Shown here: positions 25,225 through 37,300 of the stretch, piece by piece
Position numbering within the stretch: position 1 is the stretch's first letter
How the letters are laid out: every line of letters begins with the position of its first letter
Assembly: GCA_032718475.1 (NCBI GenBank)
Contig: JAUCBJ010004177.1
Coordinates: forward strand, 18,861 to 82,860
Direction of reading: 5' to 3'
DNA: 64,000 bases
Origin: Nemertoderma westbladi
Taxonomy: Eukaryota; Animalia; Xenacoelomorpha
Notes under the pieces: generated by a model
Seen by the model: only the letters and a program-made list of their open reading frames with translations
What the model was told of the DNA's origin: nothing
The model's database searches: none
Made by a program: the position numbers and the translations under genes

Positions 25225-26806
25225 CCCTATTAAACCCGGGGGGGGGGGGGGGGGAGGGGGTCAATATGACCCCCACGTGGTTTTTTTATTATAATTCTGA
25301 AACAAACGCAGTTGGGAATCTGAAATTTTATGACTTTTCCTAAAAATCTATTGTCTTCCTAGTAGTGAAAACCGTTTTCAAAAATATTGGGTACTTTTCG
25401 AGTTATAGCACCATTTTTTAACCCTACTTTTGGCACTTTTTTTGAGACGTTTTTTGAAAATTACATTTCATTAAATATGAATTGTAACATCTCTATTTTT
25501 GATTTACACCGGTTTTTTGGTGTTAGAAATTTGATGGAATTCATATAAATTGATTTAGAAATTTCAAACTTGTTTTTTTCGGTGGGTGCCAAATTTTGGT
25601 GCCAGCACCAAATTTTGAAATAAGTCAATTTTGTAAATTGATCGTTTGAAACTTGTTTTTTACGCAATTGGGGTTTTTTGGGTTTCTGGATTCGATGAAA
25701 TATATACGAGTTGCACCAAGCGTATCAAACTTGTATTTTTCGGTGCTGTGTGCAAATTTTGGTGCTAGCACGAAATTTTGAAAATCCATTCAATAGATAA
25801 AATTGCTTGTGACAATTTATTTCTTGCGTTTTAGAGGTTTATGGCTGTTCTGAATTCAATGGAAAATATAATTATCGAACTAGACATCTCAAACTTGTAT
25901 TTTTCGGATGTGGGTGCAAAATGTGGTGCTAGCACCAAATTTTGAAAACCATCAAATATATCAATTGATTGTGTCACCTTGTTTCTTGCGTTATACGGGT
26001 TTGTGATGGTTCTGAATTCAATGGAATCAGTAAAAATTTCATAAGAGCTCTCAAACTTTTATTTTTCGCCGGTGGGTGAAAATTGTTGTGCCAGCACCAA
26101 ATTTTGGAAAATATGCAAATTGATAAGTAGATAGTATCACCTTGTTTCTTGCGTTGTACGGGTTTATGAGGGTCCTGAATCCGATGGACTCAATAAAAAC
26201 AGCACTGGACATCGCAAACTTGTACTTTTTGGTGATGGGTACGAAATTTGGTGCTAGCACCAAAATTTGCCAAATTACACCGAAAAAATACAAGTAGCAA
26301 TGATCTGGCATATTAGAAATGTATTCCATTAGAATCAGCGCCCTCGAAAACCTGAAAATGTGAATTTATAGCATCGTATATGTGAATTAAAAATTTTGTG
26401 TTCTAACTGAAAAGTGCTGGTTACTTGTTTTTTTCATTTTTTTCCTACGCAGAGAGGACTAAACAGCCATTAATAGTAATCATATCATTTTTAATATTTT
26501 CCATGGTATTTTGCACCCCAGAAAACCTGTATTGAAAAATAATTAGCCGAAAAATGTAACTTTCAAATTTGGTGAAAATTGTGCACTACTTGTAATTTTG
26601 GTGCTGCAATATAACCACCCCAGTACATTTTTTCGAAAATTTTTTTTTTCGGTCGGATCCAGACAAGTGATACCTACGTACAAACAAAAAATCAGACGTT
26701 TTCGTAAATATTTGTAGATTTTAGAGGGGGGGGGGGGGGGGGGGGGGGTCAATATGACCCCCCCTCCGGTATTTGTACAACATTTTATAGCCCGGTACTA
26801 ATAGGG
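25225..26806. mobile_element. Non-autonomous piggyBac-like element with internal ~150-bp degenerate tandem repeats
   Basis: TTAA-CCCTATTA … TAATAGGG-ATAA termini; subterminal GGGTCAATATGACCC at both ends; repeated TTGGTGCTAGCACCAAATTTTG cores. Confidence 0.75.
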
Positions 26807-28032
26807 ATAAGCTCTTTGGATCTCATCCTCCTCTGTTTTCACGCATCTCACGCTTTTGTCTGTGGCCCCTCTTGCTAGCAATGATATCGTGGATCTCACA
26901 GAGATACTGCTACTTGCCCCTTTAGCCTGACTTAATCCTGCCAATGCCACAGAATCATTGGGATTTTCATCTTCCAGATGCGTGTCATTGACTTCCCACT
27001 CTCCATATTAGTGTAAGTTATGCGCACTAAAATTGGTCCCACTGTAACATCACACAAAATTAATCCTCTGTCACAAAGTGTTTCTATACCCTCCTCCAAC
27101 TTAGCAGCTAGTTCTTCTGCACATTTGTGTTCACTCATCTTTTCTAAATGTTCAAAGTATAAATTTGTAATATATAGATTATCTAATACACTAGAACAAA
27201 TGTCATAATCTTGTTGGCTTCCTCCACCTCTCTCAACTTCTGATGGTAACTGTAGTAACTTACCGAGAGTCACTCTATCTCGGAGAGGATTGACAATATC
27301 ACCATGATCATTCTGGTAGAGTCCCTCTCTTATGTTCTCATTATTGTCATCATCATTGTCACCATCTCTAGATCAGGACCATGTTGACTGTTGAGTTTGA
27401 TTGGGTTTGGCCAGCCTGAAATTCATGGGATGTTTGTGGATTGTCAGGGTTTGGCATTCAATCATGGCTCATTCCTCCTTTGACTGTCACCTCCAGGACA
27501 TTGGTTTCCTCCTGAATCACCCCTTGGTTTCCTCCTGGATCGCCCCTTGAGATTCTTGTACTGCTGCTCCCTAGAGTGGCGGCTCCGATGTCAAACTTCC
27601 AGCCAGGGTACCAGTATGCGTAGCGTCTGGAGTTTACCTCCAGTACGCCCCCTGCAGGTTTTCTTCAAAGTCATATCGGATTTCTTTGTTGGTTGATTTC
27701 TCCTCACCGAAAGTTACTACTGTTATGGGATCTAGGGCAGTAGACGTAGTGTGAGTTGCTCTCATAGCAGATTAGGTGTAACTAATCACTTACCAAAAAT
27801 ATTGATGATATCATACTTATTAAGTGTAAACAGAACATATAATAATTCTACCAAGGGGTAGAATAAATAAACGATTGCACAGAAGAATTACAATGAGAAT
27901 GGCGACTGGAGACTGACTGATTGGCTCGGTGGGGACAAGAATAGAGATTAAGAGACTAGGTGGTGGTAAAGAAGGATAGACGGAGTGGTGACGGAGTGAA
28001 GGAGGTTTCAGATAAGGAAGACCTCATCCAAG

Positions 28033-28560
28033 CTAGCTAGCCTGACTGGGGAGGGTGCCAAGAACTGCTACTGCATTCCCTCGGATGGTGGCTATTGAAA
28101 GGCGTTGAAACAGGTATGCAGTGGAACGGGGTTCCCCTGTCCGATTGCTGATCCTGTGCCCTATTTCGCGAAGTGTTTCAGTACCTTCGACTCCTAATGG
28201 TCCCAGGGTTTCTGTCACAATGGTACGGAATATAGTCGTGTTGCAGGGCGGCATACTTAGTGCCTTTGGTTGATTCGGCGATGGTTGCTGCTGTTCCAGC
28301 TTCCTGGGATGTGGCTGGTAGATACGTTTGGGCCAACGTATCACGACATGTTTAGTCCCACACTAGTGGGCGGCCTGAAGACCAGGGGCCCAATGTCACT
28401 CCATCTGGTTTCTTGCCATCTATGGCTAGGCCGCGCGGCTCTAATGTGGAGGAATCGCCGACTCCTATGCGTAGCTCATCGTCGTTGAGCCTAAGTCCTA
28501 GCTCTGATACTGGGAGTGCCTGCAGCCAGTCGCCAGAATGATCCGCACTAATCACTTTAT
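28033..28560 (-). pseudogene. 3' fragment of a CRE-type (restriction-like endonuclease) non-LTR retrotransposon
   Basis: SGDWLQALPVSELGLRL, DGKKPDGVTLGPWSSGRPLVWD, ETLGPLG…YLFQRLSIATIRGNAVAVLGT. Confidence 0.85.
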
Positions 28561-28804
28561 GTAAAGGACTACCATTTCTCTCTTAGCAGGGCAGTAACAC
28601 AATAATTGGGGAATGGCATAAGATTCTTCCCTGTAGTGTATTTACTGGATAAGCAATATATATATGCACAATACATTTACTGTATGACATTATGATGGAT
28701 TGCACAACCATGTGATCCTTCCTTGGTATGGCCGCTGGGCCCTATTGCTACCTTGACCTTTCTAAATGAATTGTAGTTCACTTTTTAATGCAACTTTAAT
28801 GAAT

Positions 28805-28955
28805 GATTTTGTAATAAGTTGTTCAGAAATGGTAAAAATGAGAAAGTTCGTCACTGGGGGTTGAACCAGCGCTATAAATGTACGTATAGCACTGGATCAA
28901 CCCCGTTGATGCGCTTTCTCATTTTTTCCATTTCTGAACAATGTATTACAAAATC
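28805..28955. repeat. ~150-bp imperfect palindrome (hairpin/MITE)
   Basis: GATTTTGTAATA…TTGTTCAGAAATGG… pairs with …CCATTTCTGAACAA…TATTACAAAATC; a half-copy occurs at ~23270-23310. Confidence 0.8.
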
Positions 28956-29129
28956 AATGATCTTTCTAGATATCAGTACCATCCTTCTTTGTAGGGTGAT
29001 AATTACTACCATTGTATGGCTGATGGCTAATAAGGCAATAAATTTGTAACATTATTGAGGACTGTCAAAATTTTATCTTCTTGGAGTTAACAAAAGTCCT
29101 ACACTAAAAGCATCCTGTTGTAATTAGCT

Positions 29130-30130
29130 GAGGACCAGTTGGTCTCCCTCTAGTGATTGTGAGAGTTATCTTAGAGTCATCAGCAAAGAATAGATCAGTT
29201 AGGTAAGAGGCTGGATTTACTTGGCTTTGTTAGAATTCTGAAGCCAATAGGTGGTGTTAACATCACCGCACCATCATTATGAAGATCTAAGGACATGCAT
29301 AGAGCACAGTCAACCAAATTTCTGAATAATAATGGTGCAAGTATGTTACCCTGGGGGACTCCCCATAAAATTTAAAATGGATCTGTGTCACCATCAATGG
29401 TAGAGACAAATGTTGTTGAACCATCTTATAGTGATCTGATTGCTTCAAAAATTTCATCAGGAATTCCATATAATGAAAGTATGCTGAACATACATGAGCC
29501 TTGGAGAAGTCAACAAAGGTAACAGACAGATGTCTGTCTTTTTTTTTTATTTTTCTAAGGGCCAGAATGTGCCCCTTGGTCCTACGACCTTTAAGAAACC
29601 CATTCTGATTTTCACATTGCAGTCTCTCAATGGGATCCCTGATGCGATTCAATATAATTCTATTGGATAGCTTTGCAGCAAACGAGATTCCCTGAAAAGA
29701 TCCATAGTGTTAAGTTAAGTTGCTCTTCTTGGGGACTGGCACCAACTTTTCATCACTTATAGGACTCTTTATTATGTATATTATGTCTAATATGTTGGGG
29801 TAACTGAGCTCTAAACACTGGTATTTGGTATGTTGTTCCTGAGGGAACAACATCCACACCACTGGCACAATAATAGGTTTTAATGCTCTTTGCAACAGTC
29901 TTGATTTCAGTATAGATGTCACCAATGGGGATATCTGTGAGCACAGTTTCATACACACGATGTACCACAAAGTTATCTGGCAATAGCATGTCATTGTGTA
30001 GGAGCTTCTCAAAGATTGTCATCCAACCATTGAGTAATTCAGCTGGAGATTTCCCCTTAACCTTGGTGGTTGGCTTTTCCTCCTATTCAACAGGTTCATT
30101 GATTGCCATTGGTACTTCCGAATTATGTGT
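29130..30130 (-). mobile_element. Older, degenerate RTE family A-related fragment
   Basis: NRIRDPIERLQCENQNGF, SVTFVDFSKA, FEKLLHNDMLLPDNF match the 47.7-49.7 kb copy; many frameshifts. Confidence 0.85.
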
Positions 30131-30239
30131 TCTATCCAGGGGGCGTTTTTCCTGTTTCTGTTTCGATTTCATTTTACCCATATCAGGTCAGTTCTTAGGT
30201 CAAAATTGAATTGAGGAACTTGGATAATACTTCCAAGTT

Positions 30240-31879
30240 TAAATTTTTCACTTTAAATTTTTTTAATAAGCGATTTAAAATAGTGTCTTTTGCGAAATTG
30301 CACATCTCCTATCATCGCCATTCTTCACATTAACCTCGCTTATAGATATTATTAAAAAGCTTGCGTTCCAAGTATTCCAAATATGTAACAATATCTGAAT
30401 TTCGTTGAGAAACAACTGAGATGTAGGCGTTCAAAGATTGCAAGAATTATCGTTCGCTGCAGGCCATTTATTCTATTCAATAAATACACAATATTCTGGA
30501 ACAATTTGTTTATGTGTTTTTGTATACCACGACGCCTGTGCTTGCCCCTGAGTACTCCATGGCGTTAAAGAGGCTGGCCGACAGGTTAACCACGAAATGG
30601 GCAAAGCCTTACAGCTGTGTCATGGGATGGGTGAGGGCGCGCCTCTCGTTTGGGGTCCTGAGGGCAACTTGTGCCTGCTTAAGGGGGGCGGGAGTACACC
30701 ATTTTTGGACAATTCTTCGATTTATCACTCTCAGCGTTTCAAAATTGTTTGATTTTGACTAAAATTTGGCATATAGGTGCCTAAGATGCTATTCTACATG
30801 ATAAGTCAGAAAAAAATAATTTTTCGTTATTTAATATTAGTTAATACTAGTTAACAATAAAAAAAACTTGGTTTCGCTTAAAACCCTAAGGCTTTTACAG
30901 TTTTGAATCTAATCACATGAAAGTTTTCTTATATGATAGATCAAAGATGGGGCCACATAACTATCAGGCGAAATTTTGTGAAAATAATTCTGCACCGCTA
31001 GGTGGCGCTGCAAATTTATGCGAATTTTTAGGTTTGTTGTAAATAGTATTAAATTTTATTAACAACAAATTCCGAAAAGTTGTCTGATACTATTGTGCAT
31101 GGTGGCTATCTAGACACCCACAGAAAGTTTCAGAGTAATTACTCAAAAATTGTAGAAGTAGTAGGGTTTTGAAGTTGACAATTTCATAAAAAAAAATATT
31201 TGGAGATAATCGACATTTCATTATACATATTAATAGTAATTTCAATAGGATTCCCTAAATGGAAATTTTTATAACTTGAAAACTAAAAGAACTATTAAAT
31301 AGCGGTTCTCAGATTTGGAAACACCATTCAATGGTGCATTATAATAGCCATAAAAAAAATGTCGACATAATTTGGACAAAAATGGTGTTTGAATGGATTG
31401 GTTGAATGGATTTTGTTTGCAATTCTACATCAGGTCGCGATTTGTTTATGTATGGTTAGCTACGCAATATAGATATTGTATAGGCATACCGCTGTTGCCT
31501 ACCAACTCATAAAATAAATAACACGTTCTAGAATTTTCTGTATTTATTAAATAGAGTAAATGGCATCTATCGAACTATAATTCTTGCAATCTTTGAACGC
31601 CTATTTCTCAGCTGTTTCTAAACGAAATTCAGATATTGTTACATATTTGGAATCCTCGGAGTTGGAACGCAAGCTTTTTAATGATATCTATAAAGCGAGG
31701 TTAATGTGAAGAATGGCGATGATAGGATATGTGCAATTTCGCAAAAGATACTTTTTTAAAACGCTTATAAAAAAAATTTAAAGGAGAAATCGAAAATTCC
31801 GGCATCATGGTAACAACCACGGTGAGTTGAACTAGTTGTGTTTCAAATTTCAAGCAATATGATAAAGATGTGTAGAACT

Positions 31880-31911
<32 letters not shown>

Positions 31912-31959
31912 GGTCCTTGTCATCAGAAAATGACACTATATTATGGGTCATGGTGTATA
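30240..31959. mobile_element. Foldback/MITE element (family of 9421-10106) with a nested insertion
   Basis: Inverted arms ~30240-30503 and ~31525-31790; shared terminus GGGTCATGGTGTATA. Confidence 0.8.
30516..31439 (+). mobile_element. Composite insert: short CRE/RLE-type 3' coding fragment plus an AT-rich MITE-like segment
   Basis: Flanked by the 12-bp duplication ATTTGTTTATGT (30504-30515, 31440-31451); LKRLADRLTTKWAKPYSCVMGWVRARLSFGVLRATCACLRG. Confidence 0.7.
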
Positions 31960-32645
31960 TGCTGGGCTAGGTCAGGTCATTTCATCATGCCAGCCGATTG
32001 TAATAGTAGTAGTAGTAGTATATAATGCTGTAATCTCATTCTGCGAGCACTTGGTTGTTGCCTGTGCAATAATATAGTGATATTCTAAAATTTACAGAAG
32101 TCATTGAATTGTTCTATCATGGTCTGAAGCTTGTTAAGAATATAATGACAGGCAAAAAAGGTAGAGAAATACAAGCATCTATAGTTGAATGTGTGTTAAT
32201 TTATTGTTTGGCACTTTCTACTATCTCAGTCTCAGAGGATATCAAACATAGAATATAGCTTATCTAATATATTAACCAAATTTTAATAATTGTTAATATA
32301 TTTTAACCAAAATTTATGTTTACTAATAGTTATAATGTTTACAGTTTCAAGGCAGAAAACCTGTACTCAGAGGAAGCTATTGACATTGACAAAGTGAAAA
32401 AGATAAGGCAATAGAAAAAATGATGAAGAGTGTGGGGTTTCTGACCAATGCCGACATCACTTTCTGATGCAATGTTAATTGTTGTGGAACTATCAATCTG
32501 AGAAGGAAGCAGTGCTGACAGTCCTAGTAAGGTTAAAGTTAAGTATATTTCTATGGGCAGAAAATGTTTATTATACTATTGATAAAGAATGTAAGCAGTC
32601 TGAAAAGTCTCAACTGAAAATTGAGTTCTGGAGGTGGGTTTTCCC

Positions 32646-33695
32646 CAAGGTGTACTAAATACATGTCATGCAGCGAGCGGATTCCTGAAATTAGCGTGGG
32701 CCGATCGTTTCCCTATTTTATGACACTATTTTCATAACATTTTCTTAGAAACCTCTCTTATGCAACTTTAGTTAGGTGGATATGATAACTAGGGTTCATA
32801 GAAATTTAATAAAATGTCTTTCTGGAATTTGTATCTTGTAGTTGCCAAGGTAACCGGGTGCAAAGTTCAAATTTCGAGCGCCTGTAATTCAAGACAACAA
32901 GGGATTCTGTTCTTGAGATTTGGTATATGAGTAAAGGGAATAAAAGTCTATCAAAATATTTTACATTTAAATTTTTTTTCAATCCCGTTTCCATGGTGAC
33001 GGGAATTAGGATAACTTCAAATTATGACCACCAGATAAAAATTGGGCTACTATTTACTACTTATATAATTTTTAACAAATATGCCTGGTGATTGTACTTT
33101 ATTTCTAATAATTTCTAACCGAAATTTAATATTCTGGAATGTCAAAATCATGCTATCACAGGTCTTGCTCTCTGATTGGACAATTAAGTTTATTGGCAAA
33201 TATTGACTTTTAGAAATATGATTCTCAATTGACGAATTATAAAATAAAAATGTTGGCAATTTTAACTTATTATTTAGACTGACAAACCGAATAAAAATGG
33301 TGTTTTATAAAATTCGTAGACAAATTTTTCATTATACTTATTTCCATGGCAACGGGAATGTAAACAAATTCAAATGTAAAATATTTTGATAGACTTTTAT
33401 TCCCTTTAATCACCTACCAAATTTCAAGGGAAGAATCCATTGTCGCCTTGAAATAAAGGCGCGCAAAGTTGGAAATTTGCACCCGGTTACCTTGGCAACT
33501 ACAAGATAAAAAATTCCAGAAAGGCATTTTATTACATTTCTATGAACCCTAGTCATAATATCCACCTAACAAAAGTAGCATAAAATACGTTTCTGAGGAA
33601 ATAATATGAAAATAGTGCCATAAATAGGGAAAGGATCGGCCCACGCTAATTTCAGCAATCCGCTCGCTGCATGACCTGTTATTTAGTACACCTTG
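32646..33695. mobile_element. Non-autonomous long-TIR DNA transposon, P-superfamily-like
   Basis: Termini CAAGGTGTACTAAATA / TATTTAGTACACCTTG; ~350-bp inverted arms; perfect 8-bp TSD GTTTTCCC (32638-32645, 33696-33703). Confidence 0.87.
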
Positions 33696-33754
33696 GTTTT
33701 CCCCCACTGTCACAGGATTCTTTCATTTCTGATGTTAACTAATAGCTGCATAAT

Positions 33755-34293
33755 TGTTAGCTTATTCAATCCCGCCAACACCCCATAAAGTTATTAGCCG
33801 ATAAGCAATATTGGGAGCCGCGAGATTGGGTAATTAACCAACTCGCGCCATCCCAATAAGAATGGGAAGGAAGCACACAATAGAGGGTCAGGGGCCAAAC
33901 CCCTAACCCAGAGGAGAACAGGTGGAGTGAACGGGAATACTCCACGGGGCGCCAACAAGGGTATTAACCAATCAGAGGGGGGAATGGCATCGATTGAGTA
34001 GCAGTAAGGCCACCATGCAATATAACCAATAACCTATTAATCAGTGATTCAGTTATACTCAGTGCAGCAGTGCTAGCGTAGGGTACAGCCAATTAGTTTA
34101 GTTAGGGGATCACGGGACTTTAGTTACCGTATCCCGCCTTGTACACATTCACAACATATCTATATCTTATAACCTCCTATTATACACCGAACTTCAGAAC
34201 TCAATTATCTTTACTTCACCCTTACACACGGCGGGGACGCGTGGACTAAATACCACACCGGATAAATCGGGATCCCTCCTGGATCCCGTCACA
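33755..34293 (+). repeat. 5' LTR (539 bp)
   Basis: TGTTAGCTTATTC…GGATCCCGTCACA, direct repeat of 44103-44640; candidate TATA-like AATATAA at ~34019 and initiator-like TCAGTT at ~34049. Confidence 0.96.
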
Positions 34294-34372
34294 GTAACTA
34301 AAACCGAGCTGCCGCCCTAGTTAAACTCAAAGAACTCCACCCTAGCTAGTCGAACTCCACCGAGCAGACGAG

Positions 34373-37300
34373 ATGAGTGAATCGGGCGAGACACCGCGGA
34401 CCCCGGACGAAGATCAAACGATCCGCGAGGCCGCGACCAGGCGGTATAGGCCCACGACGCCGGAGCCATCGGTAACGGGCGACCCGGAAGTCCAAGACGA
34501 GGGGGACCGTCTGGAATCAGAACCCGAGTTGAGAGGAGAGGGACTCGAGCCGGAGGATAAAGAGAGCGAGATGGAGGGAGATGGAGGCGAGTCGACACGA
34601 GAGGGAGAACGGCGCGCCGATGTCGCCGGCCAGCTACCGGCCGAGGGCGACGGGCGGCCCACCGAAACGGCGACGGTGGGGCCGACGGTGCGACGCCGGA
34701 CGCGAAGAGACGGAGGAGAGATCGGTACCGATGTCGCCGGCCAGCTACAGGCCGAGGGCGACGGACGGCCCACCGGAACGGCGACGGTGGAGCCGCCGGT
34801 ACGACGTCGAACCCGGAGGGACGGAGGAGAGGTCGGCGACGAGGACGTCGGGGTTTCTGAGCGACTTCGACGGGCCTACAACGCGACCCGGAAGCTGATA
34901 AACGACGCCAAGAAGGAAGGGGCGAAGGTAGACGAGGTGAGACTGAGAAAGCGACTAGGTGAGTCGGATAAACACTTAAATTACCTAATACGTTTTGAGC
35001 AGAGAAAACTGGCCGGGGAGAGAGCAAAAAGGATAGCCGGCGAACTGTTTGAACTATGGGAGTGTGGGAGTATGGGACCTAGCGTAGCGCCAGTGTACAT
35101 AGGGCCATACTTGGTCGATGCCCGGGGAGTGAAACCAGTGGGTTGGAAGGGACCTGAGGAGGGCGAATCCGAGGCTAACACCGAGGATTCGGCCTCGTCG
35201 CTCGGAGAAAGCTCCGAAAAGGGGGAGAAAGCTAGTAGGTCGGGAAGGCGGGGGAAGTCCGTCGTAACCGATAAGTCTGCTACATCCTCCGCGAAAGAAA
35301 GAGCGGTGAGAAAAATAGGGGCCACATACCGTCTCAGCATGGCAGAGCAAGGTCAGAGAGAAATGAAGGAACGGCTAGAGGAGGGAAGAGTGCGGTTAGA
35401 GAGGGAAACGGTATTGCTTAGAGAAACCGGAGAAAGGGCCGAAAGGGCTTTGAAAAGCCTAAGGGAGTATGATGAGATAGAGGAAAGGGAGTGTAGGGAG
35501 CGTGAAGCGAGAGAGGAAAAGGAACGCGAGGAGCGTGAAGCGAGAGAGGAAAAGGAACGCGAGGAGCGTGAGGCGAGAATGGAAAAGGAACGCAAGGAGC
35601 GTGAGGCGGAACGCAAGGAGCGTGAGGCGGGAATGGAAAAGGAACGCAAGGAGCGTGAGGCGGGAAAGGAAAAGGAACGCAAGGAGCGTGAGGCGAGAAA
35701 GGAAGAGGAACGTAAAGAGCGTGGGGCGAGACGAAGGGAGAGCATTAAGAGTGCCGCAGACTCGGCCATCAAGGACACCCAGGAGCGTGAGGGGATAGTG
35801 GCAAAGGGTGAAAGGGAGCGTAGGGAATTAAAGGAACGGCAGAGTGAGTATGCGAAAAGTATAATTAGAGGGACGCACGAGTTAGAATACGTGCAAGTGG
35901 GACCGCCATCTGAAAGAGGGGCCGGTTCGAGTATTTTTGAGGAGCCGAGGGCCGTAGACGTATTTGTTAATACTCCACTGACAGGGACCGCACGACAGAC
36001 TCAAGACTGGTGCGACCGTACGAGCGGGGGGGGTAATAATAATAATAATGGTACAGTAGACGTTGTTGATATTAATAGTACCGTATGGGATAACGCTAAT
36101 CAAACCTTTATTACAGGAAATACTTTGCCTGGTGATAGTAATTTAAATTCAAATCAGAACAATCCCAGTGTTAATGTAGAAAATAATCCTAATATTGATG
36201 TAGTTACGCAAAATAATTCAAATAATCAAAATAATAACTCGAATTCGGACCTACAAAATAACTTAAATAACGCAATTACACAGAATAATTCGAATAATTC
36301 AAATAATGATCTTAGCCCGAATTTACAAAATAATTCAGATAACGTAGTCGCGCAGAATAATACAAATGATTTTGTTTCAAATGAGCAAATTAATTCCGTT
36401 TCCAATATGGGTGCTATTAGTGTAGACACGTCGGGCCTACGTAACCAGGGAGCAGAGGGCCTGGTAGGCCACGTAGTTAGTAGACAGGGAGCAGAGGGCC
36501 TGGTAGGCCGCGTAGTTGGTAGGCAGGGAGTAGAGGGCCTGGAAGGCCACGCAATAGCAGAGGGAGAGGCGGGGGTGAACAGACCCGACCGTGGTAGGGT
36601 TGATGTGTCGACTAGAGAGGTATATAATAGCGGGGAGAGAGGTAGCGAAGTTAGATGTAGCGAGTGGGGGGGGGGCTACGAGGGCCCCACAACAGAGAGT
36701 TAGCGGCGAGAGGGGGGGGGCAGAGAATGTCCCACAGCCGTCAGCGGACAATGCGAGGGCCGAACAAGGTAAACCGCAACAACCGGCGACGGAGAGTAAT
36801 AGGGGGACTGCGAGTATCCCTGGCGACGTGCGATCGAGCAGAGAAGGACAGGTTGACGTCGCGGGAGGGCAGACGGAGCGTCGAGCCCGATCAGAGGAGG
36901 AAAGAAGAACAGTGGGGTTTAACCGGGAGGTCGACGAGAGATCTCGTGAGCGGGAATATTCCACTGATAGGAGAAGAGAGGAGGACAGTAGTAGAAGTAT
37001 CGCCGCAAACGATAGAAGAGCGAGGACGGACAGCGAGCCGTCGGTAGTCGAGATGAGAACGGAGAGTCAATGGGGTCGGACTCCGGGAGATTGCCGTCGC
37101 CCCGGAGGGATGCGATCCGGTGAGACGCATTACACGCCGAGAGAGGGGTACGCGATGTACCGGTACGAAGATGAAAACAGTGGAGAGGGGGGTCGAAGAG
37201 AAACTTTCCGACGGAATATACCTACCGATCGAGAATACGGTAGCCGCGGGGAGGATTATTCGAGAAGAATAAACTTCGATCCCGAACAACACATGCAGAC

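Noticed and set aside
28700-28760. Minus-strand GCGGCCATACC resembling the 5' end of 5S rRNA
   Set aside because: Only about 10 nt match; no internal box A/C sequence follows.
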